Counted from the stretch's first letter, positions 38,898 through 50,178 are shown. The stretch: DNA of 64,000 nucleotides from Desulfatiglandales bacterium (GCA_963666345.1 OY762721.1:3392001-3456000); one strand, 5' to 3'. Program-made: numbers and translations. Notes: generated by a model not told the origin, from the letters alone.

Positions 38898-39281
38898 TCA
38901 GGAATTGAGCCTTTGTTCCCAATCGAAATTCCTTTCGGTTACCCTGTGCTCCATCCTCTGGATGCGATGTTCCAGGTTTTCATATTTTTTCCTTATCCGT
39001 TCTGTCGCGCCCCTTCTTGAATTGAGGTAGCTGTCATAAAATTCCTGCTGGTCGATGTTTTCTATAGGTATTACAGGCTCAGGCTTTAGAAGAAGTGCTG
39101 CAATAAAATACATTGCCATTAAAGGCCAAAGCCCTGTAAAGATAAGCAGTATAAAGGCAGTTGCCCTTGTCCAGAAGATGGAAAAATCGAAGTATTCCGC
39201 GATTCCCCTGCATACGCCCAATATGATCCCTTTGCGGGAACGGTACATGCCGCCATGAACCAACCTGTCAAATCTTTTCAT
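38898..39281 (-). CDS. pspC: Phage shock protein C
   Basis: MYRSRKGIILGVCRGIAEYF, RIQRMEHRVT; in psp operon. Confidence 0.88.
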   Translation of the reverse strand: MKRFDRLVHGGMYRSRKGIILGVCRGIAEYFDFSIFWTRATAFILLIFTGLWPLMAMYFIAALLLKPEPVIPIENIDQQEFYDSYLNSRRGATERIRKKYENLEHRIQRMEHRVTERNFDWEQRLNS

Positions 39282-39526
39282 AAGGAGTGGTCCTTTCCTT
39301 TGTGATCCAGAATAATCGTTTCTAGTGCCCCTATCCTTTCCTCCATCCTTGAAAGGCCTTGATATATCTCCTGAATCATCCTGGCTTCGTCGGCCTTTAT
39401 TTTTTTTCCTCTTGGGGAGTCTTCCCCCCTTATTATCTTAATCGCCATCACTACAGTGCTTCCGATAATGGCCAGGGCCAGGACGATGGCTGCAAGGATG
39501 GTTGCGAAGAAAAAGAGTGCATTCAT
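39278..39526 (-). CDS. pspB: Phage shock protein B-like
   Basis: N-terminal TM, RMEERIGALETIILD; between pspA and pspC. Confidence 0.75.
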   Translation of the reverse strand: MNALFFFATILAAIVLALAIIGSTVVMAIKIIRGEDSPRGKKIKADEARMIQEIYQGLSRMEERIGALETIILDHKGKDHSL

Positions 39527-39718
39527 ATTTCAATTATCTCCGGAAAATTTGTTCCCGCTTTTATTAGGCTTTGTTAAAATCTCCTGCAGTTTGCCGCAGG
39601 AAGCTCCATCTGATTTTGCCTCTGTACCGCCTTTTGAAATGATACATGCAGGCGGCAGCGATTTCAATCATTTCCGGGGATCACCCTTATCCTTCGGAAA
39701 AATGATATCTGATGCCTG

Positions 39719-40405
39719 TTATTGCCCTTCCTTGTCTTTGCCGGGATCCTTTGAGATAGAAGACTTTATTCTTTCGAGCTCTTTTTCGATGTCATCGTCC
39801 GCCGTAATGCTTACGAATTGTGTCTCAAGGGATTCCTTTCTGCCGTAGTTAACCAGATCCGCTTCAGCCTCCATCCTTTCGATGCGGTTTTCCAGTTCCT
39901 CGAACTTGAGGATGGCATCTGAAGACTCTATTTTTCTTATCTCTTTCTGTGCCTGCCTTTTTGTCCTGGCATGAATATGCCTTTGTACCAGCATGCGCTG
40001 TTTGTCTTTTGCCGAGCCAAGCTTGTCTTCAAGCTGGCTGATATCCTCCTGGTAGTTTTCCACAAGGGCTTTGGCTTCAATAAGTTCTCTTTCAAGCGAG
40101 CCGGCCTTTTCAGAGAATCTGCGTCTCTCCAGGAGAGCCTCCCTTGCGAGATCGTCGCGACCTTTGCTTACTGCAAGTCCGGCCCGATCTTTCCACAGGA
40201 ATTCCTGGGATTTAGCGTCTTCAAGTTGCCTTTCAACCTTTTTGCCCTGAGCCATTATACCCGCACAGGATGCCTTTATTTCGACAAGGGTGTCTTCCAT
40301 CTCCCTTATCATGAGTCTTATAAGTTTTTCAGGGTCTTCAGCCCTGTCAAGCATGGCATTGATGTTTGAACTGACAATATCGCGAAATCTGGTGAAAATT
40401 CCCAT
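39719..40405 (-). CDS. pspA: Phage shock protein A
   Basis: MGIFTRFRDIVSSNINAMLDRAEDPEK; GGAGG RBS. Confidence 0.95.
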   Translation of the reverse strand: MGIFTRFRDIVSSNINAMLDRAEDPEKLIRLMIREMEDTLVEIKASCAGIMAQGKKVERQLEDAKSQEFLWKDRAGLAVSKGRDDLAREALLERRRFSEKAGSLERELIEAKALVENYQEDISQLEDKLGSAKDKQRMLVQRHIHARTKRQAQKEIRKIESSDAILKFEELENRIERMEAEADLVNYGRKESLETQFVSITADDDIEKELERIKSSISKDPGKDKEGQ

Positions 40406-40446
40406 GGCACGACCTCCGGATAGATGTTTTTTCAGATATCTAAAAG

Positions 40447-40462
40447 GCATGAATCGTGCCAA
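40447..40462 (-). promoter_or_regulatory. Sigma54 promoter of pspA
   Basis: TTGGCACGATTCATGC on the - strand (-24 GG / -12 GC), divergent from pspF. Confidence 0.8.
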
Positions 40463-40563
40463 AAGGGTTGCTTAAACGATATATTTGAAAAATCAGGGTG
40501 TTATGCCTTGACAAAAATGGTTTAACTGCAGTAATAAAAACTATTAATTAACGATATAGCTAT

Positions 40564-41628
40564 TTGTTGGTAATAATTACCATGATATCTGAAGATGACC
40601 GCATGTTTGATAGCGATGAAAAGGACCCTTTAAACCTGCCCGAGGCCTTGGGCCAGTCAGATGTATTCCTCGAATTCCAGGAACGACTTTCCCTTGTGGC
40701 TCCGGTTGAAAGGCCGGTGATACTTCTGGGTGAAAGAGGTACGGGTAAGGAGCTTGCCGCGATAAGGCTCCATTATCTATCAAGGCGATGGAAAGGCCCC
40801 TTTATGGCGCTCAATTGCGCCGCATTGAGTCCCACCCTGCTTGAGTCTGAGCTGTTCGGTTATGAAAAGGGCGCCTTTACAGGGGCAGATCGACGCCGAA
40901 CCGGAAGATTCGAAGCTGCCCACGGCGGCACCCTGTTCCTGGATGAAATAGGAAGCATACCCCTTGAGGTACAGGAAAAGATACTTCGTGTTGTTGAATA
41001 CGGTTCCTTTGAGCGGGTTGGAAGCCCTCAAAAGGTCGAGATCGATGTAAGGATCATCGCAGCCACTAACGCGGACCTCAAGGGCATCGCCTCTTCGGGT
41101 GGTTTCAAGGAGGATCTTTTGGACAGGCTGTCCTTTGAGGTATTAATCCTGCCGCCTCTGAGAGAAAGGGGAGATGATATCCTCCTTCTTGCCCACCATT
41201 TTGCCGCCAGGATGGCGTTCGAACTGGAAAGGGAGGAGATCCCCGGCTTTGATGATGATGCAATCAGGGCGCTTGAAGCCTATCAATGGCCCGGGAACAT
41301 AAGAGAATTGAAAAATGTGGTTGAAAGGGCGGTATACCGTTCCGGGACTTGTCTTGTAAAAGAGGTCGATTTTGATCCATTTAAAAGAGGCGAGCCTGTT
41401 TCAAGACAGTTACCGGTCGGCAGGGATGATGAAAAAAATGATACTGTTTTTGAAAAAGGCTTTTTTTCCATGCCTTTTAAGTCGGCTCAAAAGGAACTTG
41501 AGCTTGTATTTCTGAAAAAATCATTGCGGCAGTCAAGGTATAATCAGAAAAAGGCCGCGTTAATTCTCGGCCTCACCTACCATCAATTCAGGGGCCTTTA
41601 CAGAAAGTACAAGGATGAACTGGATTGA
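40564..41628 (+). CDS. pspF: Sigma54 enhancer-binding activator PspF
   Basis: [29 protein letters not shown]-terminal [12 protein letters not shown]; start may be 40582 or 40603. Confidence 0.92.
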   Translation: MLVIITMISEDDRMFDSDEKDPLNLPEALGQSDVFLEFQERLSLVAPVERPVILLGERGTGKELAAIRLHYLSRRWKGPFMALNCAALSPTLLESELFGYEKGAFTGADRRRTGRFEAAHGGTLFLDEIGSIPLEVQEKILRVVEYGSFERVGSPQKVEIDVRIIAATNADLKGIASSGGFKEDLLDRLSFEVLILPPLRERGDDILLLAHHFAARMAFELEREEIPGFDDDAIRALEAYQWPGNIRELKNVVERAVYRSGTCLVKEVDFDPFKRGEPVSRQLPVGRDDEKNDTVFEKGFFSMPFKSAQKELELVFLKKSLRQSRYNQKKAALILGLTYHQFRGLYRKYKDELD

Positions 41629-41698
41629 TTCTGAATCATTTGATCTGTGCGCGTTTAACTGAAGGAATAAAACCGTATCTTAATGGATAATTTAAAAG

Positions 41699-42676
41699 AT
41701 GTTTAACCTCCTTTTTTCCCTGGGTCTTATTTTGTCAGGTCTGACTCTCGGCTATTTGATTCAGCAATTAGACAGATGTGGGGCTTTAAAACTCCCTTTT
41801 CCTTTGGAAGAGGTCAGAAAATTTCTTCAGAAAATCGGGCTTTTTTTCTTTATGTCGATCTCATTCCTGGGCGCGGTATGGGTGATCAGGATAGGTGATA
41901 TGAGGATTATAACACTGCCTGCACTCTGTGTTTTAGCGCTTCTGCTCGGAGGGGTTCTCGCCCTTTTCGCCGCGCGTGTTATGCGCCTCGGCAGAAGACA
42001 GACCGGGGCGTACTATGCCTGCGGATCATTTACGAACATAGGGTCTGTAGGCGCGCTGGTTGTTTTTATTTTTTTAGGGGAACAGGCCTTTGCCTTGGTA
42101 CCGCTCTATAAGTTGTTCGAAGAGATGACATATTACGCCATTGGATTTCCGATCACCAAGTTTTATTCCTCGGAGCGGGGCAAAAAAGAAAGGCTTGGCA
42201 GCAGATTGAAAAAGGTCTTTACCGATGCATTTGTTCTTGTTGCGCTCGGCGCGCTGACAGTGGGAGGAGTTTTGAACCTGACGGGGATTGAAAGGCCTCC
42301 CTTTTTTGGAGCGGTTACCTCCCTTTTTGTTCCTGTCGGCACCTTTATCCTTCTGGTATCGATAGGAATGGCAATGAGGATATCGAGTATAAATAAATAT
42401 CTGACTCAGGGGATGGTGATTGCGGCAATAAAATTTGTTGCTATCCCTGCGGTCATAGGGAGCCTTGCCTATATGCTTGGTTTCGGAAAAATAGAAGGGG
42501 GCCTTCCCTTGAAGGTCGTTCTTATACTAAGTTCCATGCCCGTTGCATTCACGGCATTGGTTCCCCCGTCACTCTACGACCTTGACATAGATCTGGCGAA
42601 TGCCTGCTGGTTTACAACAACCGTCGGTCTTTTGGCGATCCTTCCCTGGCTCTATTTTTTGATCTCTTTCATTTGA
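41699..42676 (+). CDS. AEC/membrane-transport-family permease
   Basis: About 10 TM helices; FTNIG and SSMPVAF motifs. Confidence 0.7.
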   Translation: MFNLLFSLGLILSGLTLGYLIQQLDRCGALKLPFPLEEVRKFLQKIGLFFFMSISFLGAVWVIRIGDMRIITLPALCVLALLLGGVLALFAARVMRLGRRQTGAYYACGSFTNIGSVGALVVFIFLGEQAFALVPLYKLFEEMTYYAIGFPITKFYSSERGKKERLGSRLKKVFTDAFVLVALGALTVGGVLNLTGIERPPFFGAVTSLFVPVGTFILLVSIGMAMRISSINKYLTQGMVIAAIKFVAIPAVIGSLAYMLGFGKIEGGLPLKVVLILSSMPVAFTALVPPSLYDLDIDLANACWFTTTVGLLAILPWLYFLISFI

Positions 42677-42854
42677 GATCCTCCTGTATTTTATCTTTCA
42701 TGCCTTCTGCAAGTACATATCCGTTCTGAGTCAAATAAATACTCCTATTTTAAACTGGAAAATCCGGTGCGGGACCTCTTTCCCTTAATCTGTAAAGGGA
42801 TTTTTTAACGGTCAATGATTTTTTTCTTGACAGCATGCCGGGGGGCGTATATTG

Positions 42855-42872
42855 AATTTTGTATGCAAAATT
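42855..42872. promoter_or_regulatory. Palindromic GntR-type operator just downstream of a TTGACA/TATATT promoter
   Basis: AATTTTGTATGCAAAATT; TTGACA at 42827 and TATATT at 42848. Confidence 0.55.
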
Positions 42873-42950
42873 TTTAATTCAAAAAGTGCTGTTGAATAAT
42901 CATCTGAACGATTCCTTATAACCCTCAAACTAACCCTATGGAGTGCCCTG

Positions 42951-43628
42951 ATGGCAAAGCTGGGAATTGAGCACGAGAACCTGGATTACAAGGCCTACCA
43001 GGTCATAAAGGAAATGATTATCAATAGAAAACTCCTGCCCGGCCGGAAAATTCCTCAGGAAAAACTTGCTTCCGACCTCGGCATAAGCCGTACCCCTCTT
43101 GTAAATGCCTTGAAGTATCTTGAACATGAAAAACTTATAAAATCCATGCCCCGCAGAGGCTATTTCGTCCGCCTATTCGGCTATGAGGAAATGATATCCA
43201 TATTCGAGTTGCGTGAAATTCTTGAAGGTCTCGCAGCTCGAAGGGCCTGTCATGAAATTACCGATGAGCAGAAAAAGAGACTTCAGTGCTTTTTCAAAAA
43301 GTTCAGGGGCGTTAAGGAAATTGGAGATTACAAGGCATATGCGGCGGAAGACAGGCTGTTTCATAATTTTGTGACAGACGTAGGGTCGAAGGAATTCCTG
43401 AAAAGTATTCTTGAGACCTGCAATATCGTCACCTTCAGTTATCAGCTTGATGCCACGGAAGGCCTGGTAAGGCCTCCCATCGACACCTTGGAGGAGCACC
43501 TCAGTATTATTGATGCGATTTCAAAAAGAGACGAACTGAAGGCCGAGGAATTAATGCGCCTTCATCTAAGAAAATCCCTTGAGGTGTTAAAGAGGGATTT
43601 TGAAGAAAAGGACATGGCTTATACCTAA
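42951..43628 (+). CDS. GntR (FadR/FCD) family regulator
   Basis: LASDLGISRTPL, RRGYFV, ELREILEG, DRLFH, EEH. Confidence 0.92.
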   Translation: MAKLGIEHENLDYKAYQVIKEMIINRKLLPGRKIPQEKLASDLGISRTPLVNALKYLEHEKLIKSMPRRGYFVRLFGYEEMISIFELREILEGLAARRACHEITDEQKKRLQCFFKKFRGVKEIGDYKAYAAEDRLFHNFVTDVGSKEFLKSILETCNIVTFSYQLDATEGLVRPPIDTLEEHLSIIDAISKRDELKAEELMRLHLRKSLEVLKRDFEEKDMAYT

Positions 43629-43746
43629 GTGCGGATATGAACAGGAGGCTGCTGATCCGTTTGAGTGCCTTTTTGCGCCTGGAATGCATATCTTGGATTT
43701 TTTTATAAGTTCGAGTTTTATAAAACGATTTGAATTAAGAAGAGAT

Positions 43747-44580
43747 ATGGAAAAGGGGAAGACCATGGAAGACCTGATAATATGCGTCGCACCGGTAGCA
43801 GGGGAAAATCAGAGCGAGAAGTTTCAAGGGGAAATGGACGTGGTCCGTGAAGTCATTAGATCTTATGACTCGGGCGCTTCGATCGCGCATCTGCACGTGC
43901 GTGACGGCAGAGGAATTCAGACGGCGGATCCGACCTGTTTTACAGGACAGGTGCGGGGAATTCATTCTGCCTGTCGGATAATAATTGAGGGATCAACAGG
44001 GGGTACACCTGAACATTCCCTTGAACAACGCTGTGTTGCCATTACCGTGCCTGGTATTGAAATGGGGTCCTTGAATATGGGCTCGGTAAATATGGCAGGC
44101 GGTGTCTACCAGAACCCCTTCTCCGATATCCGCTATTATTCAGAGCAACTGATGAGAAAAGGAATAAAACCCTCCCTCTGCATATTCGATCTGTCCATGA
44201 TTAATAATGCCGGGATATTTCTCGATATGGGTTTTTTGGAACAACCTCTGATCTACAATTTCGTCTTGGACGTGCCTGAGGCATTGCCCTATTCAAGGGA
44301 TGTAATTGAGTTTTTTACCGGCCGGATTAAAGAAGACAGTGTTTGGTTCCTTACCAGACATCATGCAAAAGGTGCTCTAGGCTTTATGGATGCCCTGGAG
44401 TTGGGAGGGCATGTCAGGGTGGGTTATGAGGACGGTCCTTTTCTTTCAAACGGAGACAGGGCCAAATCAAATGCGAAATTGGTGGATGAAATCGTCAGAG
44501 CGGCTCAAGAGGTGGGACGCAAGGTTGTCGATCCTGATCGGGCGAGAGAGATTCTGGGTATTCCAGGTTTAAAAGGATGA
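43747..44580 (+). CDS. BKACE / 3-keto-5-aminohexanoate cleavage enzyme family
   Basis: GASIAHLHVRD, STGG, SLNMGS, GGHVRVGYED. Confidence 0.85.
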   Translation: MEKGKTMEDLIICVAPVAGENQSEKFQGEMDVVREVIRSYDSGASIAHLHVRDGRGIQTADPTCFTGQVRGIHSACRIIIEGSTGGTPEHSLEQRCVAITVPGIEMGSLNMGSVNMAGGVYQNPFSDIRYYSEQLMRKGIKPSLCIFDLSMINNAGIFLDMGFLEQPLIYNFVLDVPEALPYSRDVIEFFTGRIKEDSVWFLTRHHAKGALGFMDALELGGHVRVGYEDGPFLSNGDRAKSNAKLVDEIVRAAQEVGRKVVDPDRAREILGIPGLKG

Positions 44581-44858
44581 CCTTGCCGCTTTCAAGACAT
44601 GGAATGCTTTTGAGAAGGATGAAGGGGGGTGATAATTCTCCTGGGCCTCGGGCTTAAAGTTCAATGCCGTAGATGATAAAGGTCCATGCGTTGGGGGTCC
44701 GTCGTTCGGATTCCTGAGGAATCGGCTCGCCATGTTGCTTGTCAGTGATTGCTTTCGGTTTAGTTGCGATAGTCGGAAAATTTTTAAAGATGATTTTGCG
44801 GCAAGATAACCTGGTATGCCTTTTAGGCTAACACCAATATATGCAGGAGGAATTGGCA

Positions 44859-45863
44859 ATGAAGAAGGTAATGGTGATGACTCTGGCTTTGATATTGACG
44901 GTATTTACCTGTGCTTATGCGGGTAAGGCTTATCCAAAAAGAAACATAACCTGTGCCGTGGTCTGGGGTGCCGGTGGCGGGACCGATACCTGCAACAGGA
45001 TCATCCATGCGGAGATGTCCAAATTTCTTGGTGTTAATGTAAACGTTATCAACAAAACCGGCGGTGTTGCAGGTTCGGTGGGTATGAGCTATGCCTATTC
45101 AAGACCGCACGACGGATACACCCTCTGCGGACTGTCTGAATCGAATGTCACCGCCGGCGTGCAGGGCGGCTGGGACAAAAAATTTGACGTATGGGATACC
45201 TTCATCGTGGGCGGATCACCTGACATAATTTCGGTTACGCCTGATACCCCCTATAAGACCTTAAAAGACCTTGTCGAAAGCGCTAAAAAGAGTCCCAACA
45301 GTATCAAGGCCGCGGCAAGTGGTGCCGGCTCCATACACCATTTGAATCTGCTGGCGCTTGAAAAGGGATCAGGGGCGGACTTTAATTTTATTCCTTATAA
45401 GGGTTCCGCTCCAAGCCAGAATGCCGCTATGACGGGCGAGGTATCGGTGGTAGTAACCTCCCTGGCCGAACAACAGCAGTTGCTCCGTGGCGGGAAACTT
45501 CGTGCACTGGGCATGCTTATTCCTGATCCTTTCAGCGTAGAGGGACTGGGAACGATCCCTTCCTCCTTTGATTCTTATCCGGGATTATCGGAGTACCTGC
45601 CGATCTCACAGGCAATCGGATTTGCGGTTCCTGCCGACGCCCCCGAAGGGGCCAAGGCAGTGTTGGCTGCCGCCTTTAAAAAGGCAATCGCCACGGATAA
45701 GGTTAAAAAATGGGCCAAAGACAATTATTACCTGCTCTCCGGAAAAACCGGGACAGAGTCAAAGGCCGTGTTTAATGCGCTTGAATCAAATTTTGCATGG
45801 ACCCTTTGGGAACTGAAGGCCGCAAAGGTTAATCCTGCAGATCTTGGTATTCCTAAACCATGA
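44859..45863 (+). CDS. Tripartite tricarboxylate transporter substrate-binding protein (TctC/Bug)
   Basis: YPKRNI..VVWGAGGGTD, NKTGG..G, PHDGYT, IPYKG. Confidence 0.9.
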   Translation: MKKVMVMTLALILTVFTCAYAGKAYPKRNITCAVVWGAGGGTDTCNRIIHAEMSKFLGVNVNVINKTGGVAGSVGMSYAYSRPHDGYTLCGLSESNVTAGVQGGWDKKFDVWDTFIVGGSPDIISVTPDTPYKTLKDLVESAKKSPNSIKAAASGAGSIHHLNLLALEKGSGADFNFIPYKGSAPSQNAAMTGEVSVVVTSLAEQQQLLRGGKLRALGMLIPDPFSVEGLGTIPSSFDSYPGLSEYLPISQAIGFAVPADAPEGAKAVLAAAFKKAIATDKVKKWAKDNYYLLSGKTGTESKAVFNALESNFAWTLWELKAAKVNPADLGIPKP

Positions 45864-45965
45864 GTAAAATGTAGTGAAAGGGCCGGTATCGACAGTGACG
45901 CCGGCCCTCGCTGCGAGCAATGGTTGTGAAAACGTTTTGAATCTTACCTTTGAGGCGCTCTCACC

Positions 45966-46730
45966 ATGCTAGAGAAAGATAAACTGCGCAGGGCGGATAT
46001 ATTTTCAGGTGGCCTGATTTGCTGTTTCGGCCTGTGGGTCATAAGCCAGGCCCTTCAGATGCCTATGAAGGATTCCTGGGGCGGGGTTCAGAACGTTTGG
46101 TATGTCTCGCCCGCACTTTTTCCTCTGTTGGTAGGAACTGTGATAGCCCTGCTGGGAGGGTTGCTTATCCGAACCGCGCTCAAGACTGTGGGATTGGGAC
46201 AACTAAGGCAGGTCCTTAACTGGTTATGCAGCAATAAGTTGATCAAATTTATGTGGTCGGTGCCGATCTTCAGGTTTTATGCAACAGTGGTCCTGTTTTT
46301 CTCATTTGTATATCTGAATATACCTCGAATCGATTTTTTTCTGAGCAGCATCCTCTTCCTGGCGGCATTTATAAGCATGTTCTATTTTGATGACGATATC
46401 CTGCTGAAAAAGATGCTTTTTTTCTATTGCGGCGGAAGCCTCTTTTTTGTCGCATATTTTATCTCCGGTCTTGAAACGGTAATGGAGACTTTCCTTCCCT
46501 ATCCCAGTGACTGGATGGCCCTCGTCTTTATCGTTTTCTACTGCCTATACTGTCTCAGCCTTACGCGTGAAAACCCGGAACTGGGGAAAAAATACAGGAC
46601 CGCCCTTATATTGTCTCTGACAACCCCCTTTTTGATCTGTCCCATATTTAAATATTTTCTGATGGTACCCATGCCTAAAGAAGGCCTGGTCGTAGCGCTG
46701 TTGGACGCTGTCTGGTATTTGGAGTTCTAG
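45966..46730 (+). CDS. TTT small membrane subunit (TctB-like, long form)
   Basis: Multi-TM protein between tctC and tctA; SPALFP motif. Confidence 0.7.
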   Translation: MLEKDKLRRADIFSGGLICCFGLWVISQALQMPMKDSWGGVQNVWYVSPALFPLLVGTVIALLGGLLIRTALKTVGLGQLRQVLNWLCSNKLIKFMWSVPIFRFYATVVLFFSFVYLNIPRIDFFLSSILFLAAFISMFYFDDDILLKKMLFFYCGGSLFFVAYFISGLETVMETFLPYPSDWMALVFIVFYCLYCLSLTRENPELGKKYRTALILSLTTPFLICPIFKYFLMVPMPKEGLVVALLDAVWYLEF

Positions 46731-46757
46731 CATGAAAGATGGGGAGAACCTGCAGCC

Positions 46758-48305
46758 ATGATGCTTTTTGAACGTATCGCTTCTTTTTTCGAGATCGTTT
46801 TCCAGATCGCAGCCGATCCGATGAATATCGCCATTCTGTTCGGTTCGGTCCTGCTGGGAATAATATTCGGAGCAATGCCGGGGCTGACCTCGACCCTTGG
46901 AGTGGCCCTTTTGACGGCCTTGACCTACGGCATGGATACCTCAATGGCCATGGTGTGTTTGCTGGCTATCTATGTCGGAGGCACATATGGAGGCTCCTAT
47001 GCGTCCATCCTTATAAATATCCCGGGCACGGCTGCCGCCGCTGCAACCGCCCTGGACGGCTATCCGCTCGCATGCAAGGGAGAAGGGGGGCGGGCGATAG
47101 GGCTTACAACCACCGCCTCAGCCATAGGAACCTCGATCAGCATGCTCTTTGTGGTAAGTATTTCACCAATCATATCCCACTTTGCACTCCAGTTTACCTC
47201 TTTTGAGTTTTTCCTGCTTGCATTTTTCGGAATATTAATAAGCGGCACCCTTACAAGCCCTGACCTGGTAATAAAAGGATGGATCGCGGGTTTTCTGGGT
47301 CTGTTTCTGGCCTGCATAGGCAGGGATCAACTGCAGTTTTTCCCTCGTTTTACTTTTGGATATTCCGAGCTTGAAAGCGGCATTGAGGTAGTCCCCGTGC
47401 TCATAGGGGCCTTCGGGATTCCGCAGATTATCCAGGTTCTAAAGGACAAATTCAAGATAGGTGAGACCCAGAAACTGCAGCGTATAATGCCTGAACTGGG
47501 TACGATTTTCAGGAATATACCCGCAATAATAAGATCGGCCTTGATCGGTGTCGGCATAGGCGCTGTCCCAGGGATAGGAGAAGACATCGCGGGATGGGTA
47601 TCATACGGGACAGCGAAAAACACATCAAAACATCCGGAGACTTTCGGCAGGGGAGAAATTAAAGGGGTTCTAGCCAGTGAAACCGCCAACAACGCCTGTG
47701 TAGGCGGTGCCCAGATTCCCCTTCTGAATCTGGGAATACCGGGCAGTCCACCGGCGGCGATGCTCCTGGGCGCGCTTATGCTTCACGGGGTTACACCAGG
47801 CCCCATGATTACCTTCGAACATCCTACATTTATCCTTGAGGTGGCCGCGATACTGCTGCTTGCCTCCGTGGCAATGTGGATCACCGGCATGGTCCTGGCC
47901 AAACAGGTTGTCAAGGTCCTGCGAATTCCCACTCAGATATTTATGCCGATAATAGGGATGCTTTGCATTATCGGCTCTTATTCCCTGGGGCTCAATATAT
48001 TCAACCTTTATCTTATGCTGCCTGTGGGCATAATATGCTATTTTCTGACGGAGATGGGCTATCCTATCGCTCCCCTTGTAATCGGCGTTATCCTGGGGCC
48101 TATGGCGGATGAAAACCTGCGCAGGGCGCTTATGGTGTCTCAAGGCAGTTTCATGCCGGTATTTACAAGGCCTGTTTCATTACTGCTCTTCTTGGTTATT
48201 GTATGGACCGTCATAAGCCAGTTCGGTTTTTACAAGAGTTTCATAACCTGGATAAAAAAGAGGGTCTTTAATAAAAAAACAGATAATCCTAAGGAAGGCT
48301 GTTGA
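46758..48305 (+). CDS. TTT large permease TctA
   Basis: GAMPGL, YGGS..SILINIPG, ETANNA, LGIPGS. Confidence 0.92.
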   Translation: MMLFERIASFFEIVFQIAADPMNIAILFGSVLLGIIFGAMPGLTSTLGVALLTALTYGMDTSMAMVCLLAIYVGGTYGGSYASILINIPGTAAAAATALDGYPLACKGEGGRAIGLTTTASAIGTSISMLFVVSISPIISHFALQFTSFEFFLLAFFGILISGTLTSPDLVIKGWIAGFLGLFLACIGRDQLQFFPRFTFGYSELESGIEVVPVLIGAFGIPQIIQVLKDKFKIGETQKLQRIMPELGTIFRNIPAIIRSALIGVGIGAVPGIGEDIAGWVSYGTAKNTSKHPETFGRGEIKGVLASETANNACVGGAQIPLLNLGIPGSPPAAMLLGALMLHGVTPGPMITFEHPTFILEVAAILLLASVAMWITGMVLAKQVVKVLRIPTQIFMPIIGMLCIIGSYSLGLNIFNLYLMLPVGIICYFLTEMGYPIAPLVIGVILGPMADENLRRALMVSQGSFMPVFTRPVSLLLFLVIVWTVISQFGFYKSFITWIKKRVFNKKTDNPKEGC

Positions 48306-49171
48306 TGGGGGAAAAAAGGACCGGTTTTTCAATCGGGGTTTCTCCTGCCTATTTTATATCGAGGTACACGGACAGGTTCTCTTGGCAGGATGTCGCAGAA
48401 TGCCTTGCAGATATAGCTCGGCTCGGCTTTGACGGCTTTCAGCTTGAGATCTATCATAATGAAAACCTTGACAGATGGAGATCTAAGGGTGCCGTATACA
48501 TACGCAATCGTTCCACTGATCTGGGATTGACTGTTTCGCAGTTTGTGGCCCACTTTATGATCAAGGCATTTTCCAACCCTTATGAGCTTGCCTCAGATGA
48601 GATCTTTGAGCATATGAGATCGGTCGTCGAAATAGTTGAGCCTTTTGATGAATGCAGGGTCATTACGATTCCTTTGGGGCCCTTTGAGACTCCGGCAGGG
48701 GGATCAAATAATGAGGCCGGATTTTTTTTGGATCAGGTCGGCGAAAAGATACGGCGTCTGATTGAAATGGCGGAGGTTATCGAACGTAAAATTGCCTTGG
48801 AGATAATGCCTTCGGCGGTTATCGACGGCATGGAAGGATTCCATGTCCTTTGCGAGCGTCTCGGCACTGAGGGGCTCGGCCTTAATTTTGACACAGGGCA
48901 TACATGGGCATCCATGGAGAGTCTTTATGATGTCCCGTCAAGGCTCGGATCGCGCATTTTAGGGACACACCTGTGCGACAACTTCGGCAAAGAAAACCTG
49001 TCTCTTGGCCCGGGAAAGGGTTCGATTGACTGGCCCAGGCTGATATCGGAGCTTATTTCTGCAGGTTATCCAGGCTCCTTTGATGTTGAGATCATATGTG
49101 CAAAGGAAGATACGGAAAGGGAATATAAGGCAGCTCTGGGATTTATCCAATCCCTGCTGCAGGTAAATTGA
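48302..49171 (+). CDS. Sugar phosphate isomerase/epimerase (xylose-isomerase-like TIM barrel)
   Basis: ALE, NFDTGH, HLCDN, PGKGSIDW, DVE. Confidence 0.85.
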   Translation: MMGEKRTGFSIGVSPAYFISRYTDRFSWQDVAECLADIARLGFDGFQLEIYHNENLDRWRSKGAVYIRNRSTDLGLTVSQFVAHFMIKAFSNPYELASDEIFEHMRSVVEIVEPFDECRVITIPLGPFETPAGGSNNEAGFFLDQVGEKIRRLIEMAEVIERKIALEIMPSAVIDGMEGFHVLCERLGTEGLGLNFDTGHTWASMESLYDVPSRLGSRILGTHLCDNFGKENLSLGPGKGSIDWPRLISELISAGYPGSFDVEIICAKEDTEREYKAALGFIQSLLQVN

Positions 49172-49204
49172 AAACAGTGTTATCCCTGAAGGGAGAGTGC
49201 AACC

Positions 49205-50170
49205 ATGTTGAATCTGGCGATAATAACAGGGTTTCTGTCGGCTACAAAGGATCGTTTTCATGAGTATAATGTGCCTTTGAGCCTTGAAGAGAAATTTCGG
49301 TTGATGACCCAAATAGACGGATACGACGGGGTGGAAATCGTTTATCCTTATGAAGTGATGAGTGTGGATAAGACCAGGGACCTGCTCGAAAAGTACAAAT
49401 TAAAGGTGGCCGCGATAAACGTAAATGTGAAGGCGGAGCCTGAATTTCGAAACGGAGGTTTGACCTCTCGGGACAGGTCTGTTAGGGAAAAGGCCGTGCG
49501 ATTTATCAAAGAGGCAAAGGATTTCGCTTCAGGTGTCGGTGCGGACAAGGTGACCTGCTGTCCTTTGGGTGACGGTTATGAGTTCGCATTTCAGTATGAC
49601 TATGCCAAGGCATGGAGACATCTGGCGAATGCATTCGGGGAAGCCGGGTCATATAAAAAAGAGATACCGCTTTTTATAGAATACAAACCCAGTGAAACGA
49701 GGGGCCACTGCTTCGTCGATACTGCCGCAAAGGCGATGTGCCTTTTAAATGACATCCAGTGCAGGGAAATGGGGGTAACCCTGGATTTCGGGCACTCGAC
49801 CTATGGAAATGAAAACCCCGCAGAGGCCCTGGCGCTCCTTGCGGAGAGTCCGTACCGTTACTATATCCATATAAACGACAACGACGGGAAATGGGATTGG
49901 GACTATTTCTGCGGCAGCAAGCATTTTCTGGAATATGTCGAGTTCCTCTATTATCTCAAGAGATATGAATACCGTGATTATCTCACTTCCGATACCTCTC
50001 CCACACGCTGGGACATACGAGGGGTGTTTGAAATAAACAGTCGCATCTCAAACAAGATCTGGAAGATGCTTGATAATATCGACAACGGAAAAATCGAAAA
50101 TCTGCTTAATGCTGAGGACTATCTCAAGATGTGGCGGTTTATCGAAGAAAATATATTTTCACTGGATTAG
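49205..50170 (+). CDS. Xylose-isomerase-like protein
   Basis: IEYKPSETR, LDFGH, HINDNDGKWDWD. Confidence 0.85.
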   Translation: MLNLAIITGFLSATKDRFHEYNVPLSLEEKFRLMTQIDGYDGVEIVYPYEVMSVDKTRDLLEKYKLKVAAINVNVKAEPEFRNGGLTSRDRSVREKAVRFIKEAKDFASGVGADKVTCCPLGDGYEFAFQYDYAKAWRHLANAFGEAGSYKKEIPLFIEYKPSETRGHCFVDTAAKAMCLLNDIQCREMGVTLDFGHSTYGNENPAEALALLAESPYRYYIHINDNDGKWDWDYFCGSKHFLEYVEFLYYLKRYEYRDYLTSDTSPTRWDIRGVFEINSRISNKIWKMLDNIDNGKIENLLNAEDYLKMWRFIEENIFSLD

Positions 50171-50178
50171 AGTGAAGT

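Noticed and set aside
38898..41628. psp genes as phage-derived or novel
   Set aside because: Canonical pspF/pspABC envelope-stress locus with a standard sigma54 promoter.
44582..44806. CTTGCCGC...GCGGCAAG inverted 8-mers around the BKACE-tctC gap
   Set aside because: Too short and single-copy to support a MITE call.
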